DNA of 64,000 nt from the NCBI GenBank assembly GCA_000934665.2, contig KZ538061.1:62001-126000 (forward strand), in the 5' to 3' direction. Shown here piece by piece: positions 41,261 through 53,526 of the stretch. Positions within the stretch are counted from its first letter, which is position 1, and each line of letters opens with the position of its first letter. The notes beneath the pieces are model-generated. The model worked only from the letters and a program-made list of their open reading frames with translations, was not told the DNA's origin and did not search any database. The DNA is from Catajapyx aquilonaris (taxonomy: Eukaryota). The translations under genes were made by a program, and so were the position numbers.

Positions 41261-41996
41261 GGTTATATCTGGCCCCTTTTCTTCCAATACTGCCTGAATC
41301 AATGTGCAGGTTGACAGAAGCAGAGCTCTATTTATACTCCCTTGATTTTTATGTAGGTGGGTTACGAACAATTTTCTTTGTGTCTATTCAGAGAAGAGGT
41401 GAAAGAATAATGCGTCAAAGGATATTGCCCATGTCAGTGGCCGATTCTTTGAACCTTGTGAAGCTCACCGCCACAATGAAAAATATGAATCAGGCTGTGC
41501 AAGAGAAATATACGGACGTAAGATGCCATAGCCGACAACCGAACCGACAACGGAAATGAATGGAGCGATAATTGAGCTACTTGGAATATGCATCATGAGT
41601 ATGTCATGCAACTTTGTAACTTAATATTCTGCCACCTGTGCTCCTCTGAAGAGTAAAAAAATTGTTAATTACCATATAGTAATTATCTCAAAGGTCATTT
41701 GAGTAATAAGCAGGACTATGACTATGTGCTGTTGCCACAATAATACATAAATAGACTGAATTTGCCCTTGGCCTTGCTCGCAGTTTATACTTTGCTTTTT
41801 TGCATCCTGGAAAGCAAGCATATAAGTCGGAACAAGTGCAAGGGGGTTGAATGGATGTGAAGGTTGCAAAGGCGGGAAAGGTTTATTTAAATAACATAAA
41901 TAGGGTACAAGTTAGTTTTGAGCACAGACGGATATGTACAATCGGAGGGTAGTTGTCTTGATTTGTATCCATTTCAAACGAGCCATGTCAGTGTCA

Positions 41997-44493
41997 TTAA
42001 TAGTCTTCCCAGTACGATCCCTTCTTCCCCCATCCCCAGGCCCCACCATGTACCACTGGTTTTTTGTGTCCTCCTCCTCCTCCGCTGCCTCCCTTCCATC
42101 CGCCTCCACTGCTGCCTCCCTTCCATCCTCCGCCGCTGCTTCCGCCCCCGCCGCCGCTTCCCTTCCATCCTCCTCCGCTGCTTCCGCCTCCGCCGCCTCC
42201 TCCGCTTCCGCTCCAGCCCTTCCAGATGAAGCTGGGCTTATGGAACGTTGGTTTCTTCCATCCGCTGTGCTTCCATGGCTTCTTTTTCCATCCACCACCG
42301 CTGCTCCATCCTCCTCCGCCTCCGCTTCCACTTCCGCTGCTACTCCATCCGCCTCCGCCTCCACTTCCGCTTCCGCTTCCGCTGCTGCTCCATCCTCCGC
42401 CTCCGCTGCCACCCTTCTTCTTCTTCTTCCAGCCCTTGCTCTTCTTCTTCTTCCAGCCGTCGCCTCCCTTCTTCTTTGGAGGCTTGGGCTTCTTCCATCC
42501 CTTCTTCCAACCGCCCTTCTTCCAGTCCTTCCATCCGCTTCCACTTCCGCTGCCGCTGCCGCTCCCGCTCCCACTACTGCTCCATCCGCCTCCTCCTCCA
42601 CTTCCGCTGTTGCTCCACCCCTTGCTGCTGAAGTCTTTCCAGCCCTTCTTCATGAAGTCCTTCCAGCCGCCTCCATGCATGATATCTTTCCATTCGTCCT
42701 TCCAGCCGCCTCCCCCGCTGCTGCTCCATCCGCCTCCGCCACTGCCCTTCTTCTTCTTCTTCTTTTTCCATCCGCCCCCGCCTCCACTTCCGCTACTGCT
42801 CCAGCCCCCTCCACCTCCACCTCCGCTGCCTCCCTTCCATCCGCCTCCACTGCTGCCTCCACCTCCGCCGCTCCATCCCCCACCGCCACCGCCACCGCCA
42901 CCACTCCACATCAGGGCGGCTCCCTGTGTCAAATCAAATGTGTCAATCCTTACCATACAGTTTATTTTATGAGTATTTTTGTATTAGTGTTGACAATATT
43001 ATTATGTGATTTACTGGTTTTTCGAACTGCTTTATGTATCGACATGCGGACATTTTTGCTTTGAGGGGAGGCAGGTCCGTGAAGGCCAGCGTTTATCACT
43101 TGCCCACTTCCACCAGGCTCAATTTGATTATTTTGTCTTCACCCAAGGCAAAAATGGACAGATTCTATGTGCGTAATCAATCTTGCAATCATTTCATATC
43201 GGCCCTTCTCTGACTGGGATGGGATACTATTGAGGCTCATATATACGAATTTGAGACTTTCAGATCAATATTGCAGGCAAACAGTTCGAAGTCGTTCGAA
43301 TGACTGCTTCTTTAAACAGTATCGAAAGAGAGTGGCAGCTAAAAATTTCGAATCTTGTGTGCAAAAAGTCGCTCTACATGTCTCAAGTTCGCAGATTTGT
43401 GAATAAGCCTTTACTTGTGTGCTTATCGAAAGTCCGAGAACACTTTTCGATGCATATTGTAGGACCCAGCTCGTTACGATAATTTATAAAGTTTATACGC
43501 ACTAAATGCAGTGTTTATTAGTCATATGTGTAATGTAGCTTTTGTATGTGGTCAATAATTCTTTCATTTGCTTCAAGTAGCTCTTATTCTAAGATAATTT
43601 TTTGTTGCCAGGCATAGTTACATGATAAAAGTTTATAACATGTCATCCTATACCGTATATCACACTACGGGGCTAGCAACGCTATTTGAAATGTCCTGCA
43701 GGATAATCCCAATATCAAATATGAAAAATATTCATGACTTAATTGCTACCGCACGCAGCAATTAAACAATTATGCAAATTTTTGATTCATAATAGGCAGC
43801 CCTGCCTAAAGCCAACGCGGGTAATTAGCTACTGACCACCATGTTTCTTGTAACGTAAGATAGAGTTCAGTAAAATGTGTGTGGGCCTGGTGTCAATTCC
43901 TTCATCCTTATTTATAGGCCAGTGCAACCCTCAATTGGCACGAGGGTTGCTGACACATAAGGATGAACCTACCTCCAAGTCGCTCTTCTCCACCTGCAGA
44001 GTGGTGGATTCCTCTGTGCTATTGCCATCTATAGGACTGGTAGTGGGTGGTACTACAGGCGACGTGTCATTCTCCGCCGCAGATGTCCAGGCGGCCAGAA
44101 AGGTCAGCAAGAGAAGAACCTGGAAGTTAACGAAGAGGTCAAGGTTGGTCGCCGCCATACGTCAAAGACTCAGTTGTGACCTTTCGCGGGAGAATTAGGT
44201 TACAGAAGACCTAGTGACCAGGCCAAAGAATGTGGCAGAACAGGTTATTCCTCCACACGTTGCGTCTGTTCCAACTAGTTTTCCCCCCTGACACTGTTCG
44301 GGGTCAAGTTGCGTCATCAATTGCGGAAGATATTCACTTAGTGGGTCACCGGATCCTAGACTATGAGATGTTCTAGGATAGTATCGCGCTAGTACAACAC
44401 TATTGGTTCGGAAGAGGGAGGGTTCAAATCACTGCTTTTTTTATCGCACTATATGACCACTTGTCGCGTTCAACTCACCGGAATCGTCTTCAT
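41997..44493 (-). CDS. Secreted Gly/Ser/Lys/Trp-rich block-copolymer protein, 362 aa, 3 exons (cluster gene 8)
   Basis: TATAAAA 44594-44600(-). Exon1 44479-44493 MKTIP|gtgagt, exon2 43973-44119 VLLLLTFLAAWTSA-AENDTSPVVPPTTSPIDGNSTEESTTLQVEKSDLE|gtaggt, exon3 41997-42923 GAALMWSG10WSG...WKKKKKKKG...GKKGSYWEDY*. Both introns are phase 0. Confidence 0.9.
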
Positions 44494-45563
44494 CCTGCTA
44501 CTCCTTCCAGGTGCTCGCCTAGTAACCCTGGCCCTGACCGATGTGTGCAATGTCGTGTTCCCGTCTGTCAGAAGTGTGTCGGTCCCTTGCCCGTTTTATA
44601 TGAATGGGGGGAGGGCCCCAGCCAGGTCGGGTCCGTCACCTCTCGACCGCCAGCCAACAGCCGTGGGCTACCTACGAAGAGCTAGCTAACCAGAAGACGA
44701 ACCAGAAAACGGCGCGCGCCGAGTTCTACATCTTGTAGCCAGCCTCTAAAGATATAGGGGATGGTAGATGGTGGGGGTGGGAGGGATTTGGAAGAAGAGG
44801 AAAAAAAATATATAGAGAGGGGGGGGGGGGGAAGGGGTGCAAACTGAGAACGCACCTGAGAAGAGCTATTTCACCGTTGTTCATATACGGATATGAGGGA
44901 GCAACGACCTGATATTTTTTGGGAGGTCTTTCTAGACTCGTGGGAGCCTCCTTACCACGTGGTGACTAATGTGGCGGTATTAATAAAAGGGGTGGCTATT
45001 TTTGAAAGGGGCTGGATTGACCCCATCAATAATTCACATTGGCAATGTGCAATATGTGGCCTAAAAGGGATGAGTGAAACGTGATATTGTTCTTTTTAAT
45101 TAGCTAAAGTGTCATATGCTAATTATAATAGCTATAATGCTGCCGACGTGAATGAAAAAACCTGATTGATATTTTAATTAGCTAATATGTCTGTAAATTG
45201 CATATTGACATAATGCTGAGGAAGTAGGCTACTTACGTCATGAAAAAACCTGATCAATAAACAACATCATTACGCTAATTTTTTAAAAAAATATTGTGGC
45301 ACAATAATTCGGATTGTACATTATCAGAACTTGTTTTCAGTTTGAATCTGCCTGACTATTATTTTTCACCACATCCATTGTTGAATCCATTGAGATGCTG
45401 ATTGAGGTAGCCGGAGAGACCAGTAACTGTACTTCTTACCTGGCAGTTATTATGACAGAGCATGATCGTTAACGTCATCATGTGACATCTTTGTAAGGGT
45501 TCATAAATGAATAAAATACAACAAACGAGTCTTTCCATGGTTTATTGGGAAATGAACCCCTGT

Positions 45564-46658
45564 TTATTTACCCCAGTGATAATTCCATTTCGGATAACCG
45601 CTGCAGCAGGCACGGTAACCTCTATTCCAACGAGGATAGTAATTATTGTAGTAGGGGTAGTTTCCGTAATATTTAGGATAGTAGTTCTGGTAATAGCCGT
45701 AATATTGTGGATAGTTGACGTAGCCGTAGCCGTAGTGGTAGCGAGATTCTTCGGTGTCTTGGTCTTCACTTACGGAGTAAGCTTCTTGGGCATGATCTTC
45801 ATTTGCGGGTAGACCTTCATTGTTACTAGGGTTCACTTCGTTGGGGTTTTCCTCAGCCAAAATGCAGCCAGCCAGCAGAAAAGCTGCTAATATAACCTGA
45901 AACATTTTGACCTAATTAGCTCATGATTTTAACATATTTTGCAGCTAAACTGGAAAATCGACATATGACAGTACGTAACGGAAGTAAATAAATAAAACTG
46001 TCTGGTTTTAGGTAGGCCTAGACCCTATGCAAAAAAGAGCTTACTCATTAGCATCCCAAATTTTATTGGGCCATTATTAACCAGTTAATGAAATTGCTCC
46101 CTCGTAATATGGCAAACTTCTCGTGACAATTTTATAATCATTGCAGGCTATTAATTATCATTACATTTTTGTGACTCTAAATGCAGTACGATATGATCTT
46201 TTCCATCAATTATGACATCCCCATTGTAATTTAGAAGCAATAAATGCATATTGACCCTGCAATGCGGCATAAACTCTTATTACTGTCAAGTAACCCCACT
46301 TTCGATCCCTTTTCCTTTTCACTTCGGACATATCACCCTTAGGTGACCACACATGATAACGAAATATGCAATAGTTAAACGTGCATGTGAAACGGAAAGT
46401 CGCTAGAGAAAATGACTTGACGTTTTTCTTGCAATTGAGGTTGATGGATGCCTCTCCTTATACAGTACGAAGATCTGTTATAATTTCTAACAGACAGAAT
46501 GTCTACAATGAAGGCAGGTCTCATTAGCGTAAAGCGGTACGCGTTAAATGATTGCAAAAACATTACACCTCATAATATTATAGTGAAGGGAGGAAGTATG
46601 TTTTGAGAGGAAAAACGTTTTAATACTGAAGTAGGTTACTTACCAGGATCTTGGTCAT
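45564..46658 (-). CDS. Secreted acidic-pro / Tyr-Asn-Gly-rich protein, 115 aa (cluster gene 9)
   Basis: TATTTAAA-like element ~46742-46751(-). Exon1 46644-46658 MTKIL|gtaagt, exon2 45564-45896 VILAAFLLAGCILA-EENPNEV...SEDQDTEES-RYHYGYGYVNYPQYYGYYQNYYPKYYGNYPYYNNYYPRWNRGYRACCSGYPKWNYHWGK*. Confidence 0.88.
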
Positions 46659-47303
46659 GGTGTCAAGGGTGAGTAAAGGAACACTTCTTGCGATACGAGC
46701 AGTATGAGGTATGAATGCCTTTTTTTGAACTCTACGGGCGTTATTTAAATAGGTTTACGATGGCCTTGACTTTGAAAGCGTCAGACCAATTTACTCGATT
46801 TTCTGACCTTCCAGACGTGAATGCGCAAATAGAAATTCCCAGAGCATTATGATTTATATCAGTAGTTTTCTCATGCATGAAGACGCAAAGGATGTGTCTA
46901 TTTTCGTCATGACTTGTAGATGTTATCATTGGCAATTTATCGTCTCATAAAACTAGCAAAGTTCAGCGTTCGGAGTAAATGACAGCCGTTTTTACAGCAG
47001 CTTTAATCCTATTTCACATTCAATGTCGTACTGTATGCTGACCCGAACAGGATGTTCCTCTTTTTTCTTGTACAAGCGCGTTGTGATCTTGGTGAAAGGT
47101 CGTCCAAAACCTGTTTTTAGGTGAGGAGGTGCACAAATGGAGTTTCCCACTGACCCTAATTTTGTGCAATTACACAGCATGAAAAATGGCAATATTCCAA
47201 TTTATATTTTTTCTGCCAAAAGCAAATTCTGAGAAATTTTACATATGCATCCATGCGTGACCCACATTTTTTTTTAACTGAGGTAAATGTTCACAAATCA
47301 CAT

Positions 47304-47786
47304 TCACCACACTCGTCCATACAAAGGATGATAGCCAAATCCGTACCAATCAGCACCTCCAGATCCAGTTCCAAGCCCGGATCTATCACCAAACCATCCC
47401 AACCCTGACCCATAAAATAATGCTTTCCGATAGTTCGGAATCGGATTTCGAGCAGGTTTTTCAGCCCCGATGATGATATGAATAGGACCATTCCACAAAC
47501 TACGGTCCTTTCTGTCCTGGTGGTCCCCGGATGCCCACACTAGAAGCGTGAGAAACTATAAAAAAGCGAGGGGAAAAAAAGTAGACCAATTAATTTCGTG
47601 ATCGTAGACTAGGCTTGGAAAGGGGAACAAGTGGCTGGACCAACCAGTTTTTTTCGTGTTGAATATTCAATGCGTAGGAAGCTATGCGTGGGTAATAAAT
47701 AAAGCCAAAGGATGATAACTGCTATGGTTGATAACCATCATTTAAGAGAAAAAATTGGTACTCACAAGCAGTAATTTAGGTAGCAT
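47304..47786 (-). CDS. Secreted Gly/aromatic peptide precursor, 90 aa (cluster gene 10)
   Basis: TATAAAA 47849-47855(-). Exon1 47766-47786 MLPKLLL|gtgagt, acceptor ttttttatag, exon2 47304-47555 FLTLLVWASG-DHQDRKDR-SLWNGPIHIIIGAEKPARNPIPNYRKALFYGSGLGWFGDRSGLGTGSGGADWYGFGYHPLYGRVW*. Confidence 0.82.
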
Positions 47787-48166
47787 CCTAGCAGAGTACA
47801 GGACCGTACCAGGTAGCGGAGACTTCTACTGCATTTCCTCATCCATGCTTTTATATGTACAGTACATGTCGCATATTATGCATGGACCCCAAAGTTCAAC
47901 GGTCCCAAATCCGTGCCAAATTCTTTGGTACGGAAATGCCTTTTCAGGAATTCAATAAAACATTGGTGCCACGATTCAGTCAACATTTATTAAGTTACAA
48001 ACGTTGCAACAAATGTTAGTGTGCGAAAACAGTCCGAGTTAGTAAACAACAACAACAACAGAATCAACAACAATGTGAATTTGTACGACGTGCGAGATGA
48101 ATTTCTTTTCTTTTACTATGGGAAGATGAGTGCAAGGTGATGTCGGATGTCAATGTCGGATGAAGT

Positions 48167-49610
48167 TTAATGCCAGTCGTAGTCGTCGTCCCACCATTCG
48201 CCCTTCTCCCCCCAGCCCTTGGCCCCTCCGTGCTTATGGTGTTTTTCGCCCCCGCCGCTCCATCCTCCGCCACCGGACCACCCCTTCTTCTTCTTGTGCC
48301 AGCCCTTGTGCCAGCCGCCCCCGCCCCCGCTGCCGCTACCACTGCTGCTGTGCCCGTAACCCGCAGTCTGCAAACCAACAAGCAATAGAGTCAGTATATG
48401 GTCACACATACATTGTTGCGGTTCAGCCAATTCCTACTGCGAAAGAAAGGTGATGGATCACCACCGGCATGTGAATTAGTTTGAATAATACGTCACGTAT
48501 GTACTCTCCTGTCGTCAGTGTCATCGTCGTCAACGTCATTGGATTACAAAAGGTGATCAGAAGATGGAAGCAGGAAGAATGGACACTGGTTGGGAGCGTG
48601 GGTTTGAATGGAATAAAAATGCGAAGGCGGTGGTCGTGTAAGGGTCAAGGTCTTTTTCCACTTGGTACGCTGTAACATGTGTTACTGCTTGACCAACATG
48701 CGTAGGGCAGATAGGGAAAGAATTAAAACCAATAGAAAACTCTTTTGATCCAATTAAAGTCCGATTGGGATGAATAATTTTTGTCATTAGCATATTGATT
48801 ACATTATTTCCTTGCACTAAACTTTGGTCAAATTGCTGTGCATCATGCAGAGCCTCACTATTTCTGCTATGAGCCAATCAGGCTTGGTTGAATAAATGTA
48901 ATTGCTGGCATTCATATGCCTACTGCCCCTCGAGGGAGAAATATGCATTTTCAATATTATGCAGCAAAGTTTTACCAGATCTTGGCAAATGGTGGTCAAT
49001 CAGTAACAGAACTATCGAATACGTACCACTCCTTCAACTCAAATGATTATATCGACTACATGTTACAACGTCTAGAGTCTACTAAGGTCATAGTGTCTGC
49101 CAGGTCGCTACTGGAGGGCCAAAGCTGAGAGAGAATGAGTTGCAATACATACGTCCAAGTCTCCTTTGACTTTTTCAGGGAATGGGGAAGCGGCGACCAG
49201 TGCCAGCAAGGTCACCAGCAACAGCACCTGCAAAGAGAATCCAACCGGAACACTTGACGTGTGATCGTAAAAATCAGTCCCCAGGACTCGTGCGTCACCT
49301 CCTCATCCCTCGTTTTGGGGAATGCCGTGCTACAGGTTACAAAGAGGGCTAGCTCGGCTTTTTGAGAGAAGATCCTAACAGTCCTCGGTTCCTCTGGGTG
49401 TTTCTCTATGGAACCAGGTGAACGCCCTTCTCGCAACATCCCTAACCAAACTGATGGCTACCACGCCCTAAAAGGCTCCGTTCTGACACACACGAGAAGT
49501 AGTGTTCTCACAACAACTAGCGTTCCAGAACAGGTTGTGTGTTTGGATCATCCTCAGGGGCCGACATGAAAAAGAGTCTAAAGTTCAAATCTTACCAAAA
49601 GGGTCTTCAT
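48167..49610 (-). CDS. Secreted Gly/Lys/Trp/His peptide precursor, 96 aa, 3 exons, short paralog of gene 8 (cluster gene 11)
   Basis: TATAAAA 49720-49726(-). Exon1 49596-49610 MKTLL|gtaaga, exon2 49153-49227 VLLLVTLLALVAA-SPFPEKVKGDLD|gtatgt, exon3 48167-48367 TAGYGHSSSGSGSGGGGGWHKGWHKKKKGWSGGGGWSGGGEKHHKHGGAKGWGEKGEWWDDDYDWH*. Confidence 0.88.
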
Positions 49611-52600
49611 CCCGGCTTGCGTACTCTCTCTGGTCCGCAGCAGCAGCCTTCTGTAGAGGATGTCGCACAACCCAAGCACCTCCTCTCTTATGTTGCCGAA
49701 AGCTGCTCTCCCGCGATCCTTTTATATGGGTTAGAAATTGGTGCTAAACCTTACCCTGGGCAGTTCTTGTTACCCTGCACCGTTATCGAAGAGACATAGG
49801 GTGAAGGTAGCCACTCAACCAGGTCAATGGGCAGGGCTACTTCTTGCGTCGGAGGCCTATAAAGATCCTACATACCGTGTTCCTACAGGTTCAAATGGGA
49901 GGAGATCGGGTGAAAACTGGGATGCAACTTTCATCTTTCTCCTTGTCTCGTGTACGGTGTGTGTTTTTGTTGTTTAGCTGCTGGGTGGGTGGGTCAGGAG
50001 GGGGGTGTTGAAGAGGAGGATTCCATGACAAAACCGGAACACGCCTGGTAATTGAAGAGGACAGATGAAACTGGAAAACCTTTCTCTCTCATCTTCACGC
50101 AACACGGATTTTCTTTTTGCCACTGATCCGTTTTCTTCTATAGGTTTTTAACACCCTTAACAATCCTTGTTTTTGGTGATATCTATAGTGGGTGACCCGG
50201 AATTTTTGGAGGGATGACCCGAGTTCTATCTTTCTTATGGATAGATCCGACGTGAGTGCAAGTGCTCGATCCTTTAACCCACTTTGGTATGCCCTTGCCG
50301 CAGGTGACGACCCACTTCACTCTATCTCTTCGAACTGTGCCATCGTTCGGATGAAAAAATTGCTTCTGGAAAAGAAAAAAAAATGTTTCTCCGGCTTTCT
50401 GGGGCCCGTGGTTCGCTTTCTTTTCAACCGGAAAAAAGGAAATCGACAGCGGATTAACTCGTCTTTACAGTTATATTTGAAAGTGTAGAAAAAAATACAT
50501 TCGCTCTCGAAATTAATCACTTGATAAGTTAATGTAACACTGCTGTTATGCTATAATGTAATGCGTGGTACGTGAAGTTTATATTATTTTTAATACTCCT
50601 TGCTGCCCATCGCAAGAATTCAAAAAATACTGTGACATTTTTCATTTCTGATGGTGTAGTCTATAGCAGTAAGGTGAGAACTACTGCAAATAATAATCAC
50701 TGGAGATATTGTCACAATAGCATTTGGTGTACTTGTTTGAAGAAATATTTAAATTTTTATCTCTTCTTGCATAAGCCTTCTCATAAGTGTAAGTTAAATA
50801 ATATTGCATGATGTTTACGTGCCTTAAATTATTTCAAGAAGAAAATCACTCTGATTACGCTACACGTAGAAACTGATGAAATAGCAAAATTGTACAAAAT
50901 GATAGCAATAACTATGCAATAGTATAATAAATTCAATTGAAATGACGTGTCATGTCAGTAACATGATAATTAGATACATGCTGTTTTGTCTTTCTATTTA
51001 AGTTATATTGAGCATGTCATCAGTTTCATTTTGCGAACTACGTATTACGTATATTAACACCTACACATTAAATTACTTAATTAAAACTACAGTCTACTAA
51101 AAACCTATATTTTCATTGCATAAATCTAAAAGAATAACTGCTGGGTGACCAGCAGTTGCACATGACCACACTAATGTCGACTAATGTACTGTTAATATGA
51201 GATTGTAATTTATGCACACTTGAGGGACCGCATTCCTTCCAGACAAAATCTCTTGCCAAACCACTTTTGCGAATAAATATCTAGATTCGCAAAATGGATA
51301 GAAGAAGCAGCATACTGAACGAAAGCAAAAGTGTACTTGGCCATTTCCCACGCTAACTGGACTGACTGAATGGCTCCCAGCCAGCACCAGGCCAATTACT
51401 TTTGGCCGAAAATGTAGCGGGACTTTTTGCACATGATGGGATGCAAAAATGATGTTCCCTGCTGGCGGGAAGCATGCAGAAAGGAGGTTTCCATCCACAA
51501 GAGTGCACATTTTCCCAAGCCGGAATCTCAAGATATTCGAGTTAGGTAACAAAGTGTTTCCCAGTTGACCTTAAGCCAAAGTGCATTGCGAAAAAGGGCG
51601 CCGCCGTGACACGTGAACATTTCCGTTAATCCATTGTTTCCAGTCAAACATTTCTCACATGGCGTGAATTCTCCTCGTGAAAATTTCGCATAACAGTAAT
51701 AATCACCTTTACTCTCGTATGTGATTGTTGTGGTGATAAGACCGATAAGCGATTTTGCACGTGCCGAACTGTTCACACGGCGTGTACCAGCCCATAATTC
51801 ATCCGATTCCATTGTTTGGTGTTTTACAAGTGTGTGAGCTGCAAGTGTGGAGCTACTGTGAGCTTGCCTACACCGTAATTATTGTACTGTGTTGAACTTC
51901 ATGCAAAATTTATAAAACAAGATCGCGAAGGGAAGAGTGATTACACTATTGTAATACTAGCAACTAGCAAGTATACCTAGTGGAGAATTTTCTCGAATAA
52001 GCAAATTAGAAGCTATTCTAAATCCCAAAAAATTACATTCCAAGCAGGATAATGATATGAATTAAGTGCAATTGCAAGTACTTGATCATAATCATTATGT
52101 AGGTATTTAGATGCAATAGGCGTGTTCGTGTTTCAAAGTATTTCATGTCACAGAAACAAATAGACATTCACGCAAGAAAAACGACTAGGTAGGTTTGTAG
52201 GTGTGTAGGACAGATTGCAATTTGCAGGATGCCAGTCATGCTATAGCACCGGTATTAAGTTATTAAGGTCTTGCTAGTCTTCCGATACAAAAAAAATTAG
52301 AACGCTATCTACAAAACAATTATTCACAATACCTGTTCTCGCTCTCCATTTCTTTTCGATTTTTTTTCTTTTTCTTTTTTTTTTTTAAAAAAAGAAAGAA
52401 GCCGCTCCACAAAAGTGCCCTCCTGGTGAAGTGGGTCAAAATTTCCATTCACGATGCATCAGGATGGAAGCCTGTACCTCATCAGGTTCATGAACCACGA
52501 AGGGCAATGAGGGATAAGGAGAAGGATAGACGAAGTGAAGGATTGATCCTGTCACTTTTGAATAAATTAATAATTTTGCACTTGTTGGATGAATGCCCTA

Positions 52601-52844
52601 TCCAGTTGGATATGTGGTGAAAGCTGTTACTACCGCCTTGAACTTGAATGTCAAGTAGAAAATCTAGTTATGTGAAGGTTATTCACTCCGACGTTGACAT
52701 ATTCTAATTTATTATATCAACACTAATGACTAACACAGATTGATAGTTTGACACTCACACTTTTTATTTCTACAATGTCACCTACATTCAGGATTGTTCT
52801 AAGTTGACAATAAAAATGGCGGAAAAAGTTGGTTGCTCATGATG

Positions 52845-53526
52845 TTACCAGACTTGCTGCCTGTACCAAACGTGCGGTCTGTAGTTTGAGTCTCCATAAA
52901 CCGAGGTGGGTCTGTAGTAGCTGCCGTAAGTGTACTGGTACCGCTGAGTAGGACGAGCTGCCAGAAAAGTGGGCCACATCCAGCCGGCCGCCTTCAGGTC
53001 ATCCTCAGGAGCATCCTTGACCTCAGGTGCCTCTGGCCCTTGCGGCAACGCACGAGTCAAAACGATGCCGATCACGGCCAGCACCAATATCTGCGGCACA
53101 AATGAGAATAATTATTATCACAAATGGTGCTGTTAAGTCGTTTTATTATAGCTTTAATTTTATTGCATTGCACTGTACTTTTGTACGCTGGGTTGTGGTA
53201 AAATGATGAGTTATCTCTGACTCACATGGACCACCGGATGTAACAGTGCACATTATAAGTTACATTAAAAATCATTTCAGTTACTAAATTCCAGCATGGA
53301 TATCATTACAAGAGTTATCAGATGTATAAGCAACATTAAATATCTACATCTATCAATAAGATAATGTCATTTTCTACATTTCAAACTGTTTTGTTACAAG
53401 CAATGGTCAATTGAGATTTTTCTGCACAAAATCTCAATTTATCTCATAACCGTGGTCCTGATTATTAATTGTTATTGTACTATTTGCACTTTTCCATATT
53501 GTGAAGCCACTTACCACAGATTTCAT
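52845..53526 (-). CDS. Secreted Tyr/Arg/Trp-rich peptide precursor, 85 aa (cluster gene 12)
   Basis: TATAAAA 53660-53666(-). Exon1 53515-53526 MKSV|gtaagt, exon2 52845-53090 ILVLAVIGIVLTRA-LPQGPEAPEVKDAPEDDLKAAG-WMWPTFLAARPTQRYQYTYGSYYRPTSVYGDSNYRPHVWYRQQVW*. AATAAA(-) ~52763. Confidence 0.88.

Noticed and set aside
41912..43064. Long Ala/Ser-rich (376 aa), poly-Pro (302 aa) and Ala/Glu-rich ORFs overlapping gene 8
   Set aside because: These are shadow frames of GGN/AAG repeats. Only the minus-strand Gly/Lys/Trp frame has splice sites, a signal peptide, a TATA box and a paralog.
45440..45463. MLCHNNCQ|gtaag as first exon of gene 8
   Set aside because: It has no TATA box and lies at the 3' end of gene 9. 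The exon at 44479-44493 has a TATA box and matches paralog gene 11 (MKTxx).
48557..48670. Minus-strand segment AYQVEKDLDPY... resembling the cluster's pro motif
   Set aside because: There is no donor after DLD. Exon 49153-49227 supplies the signal peptide and DLD with a canonical donor. At most a relic.
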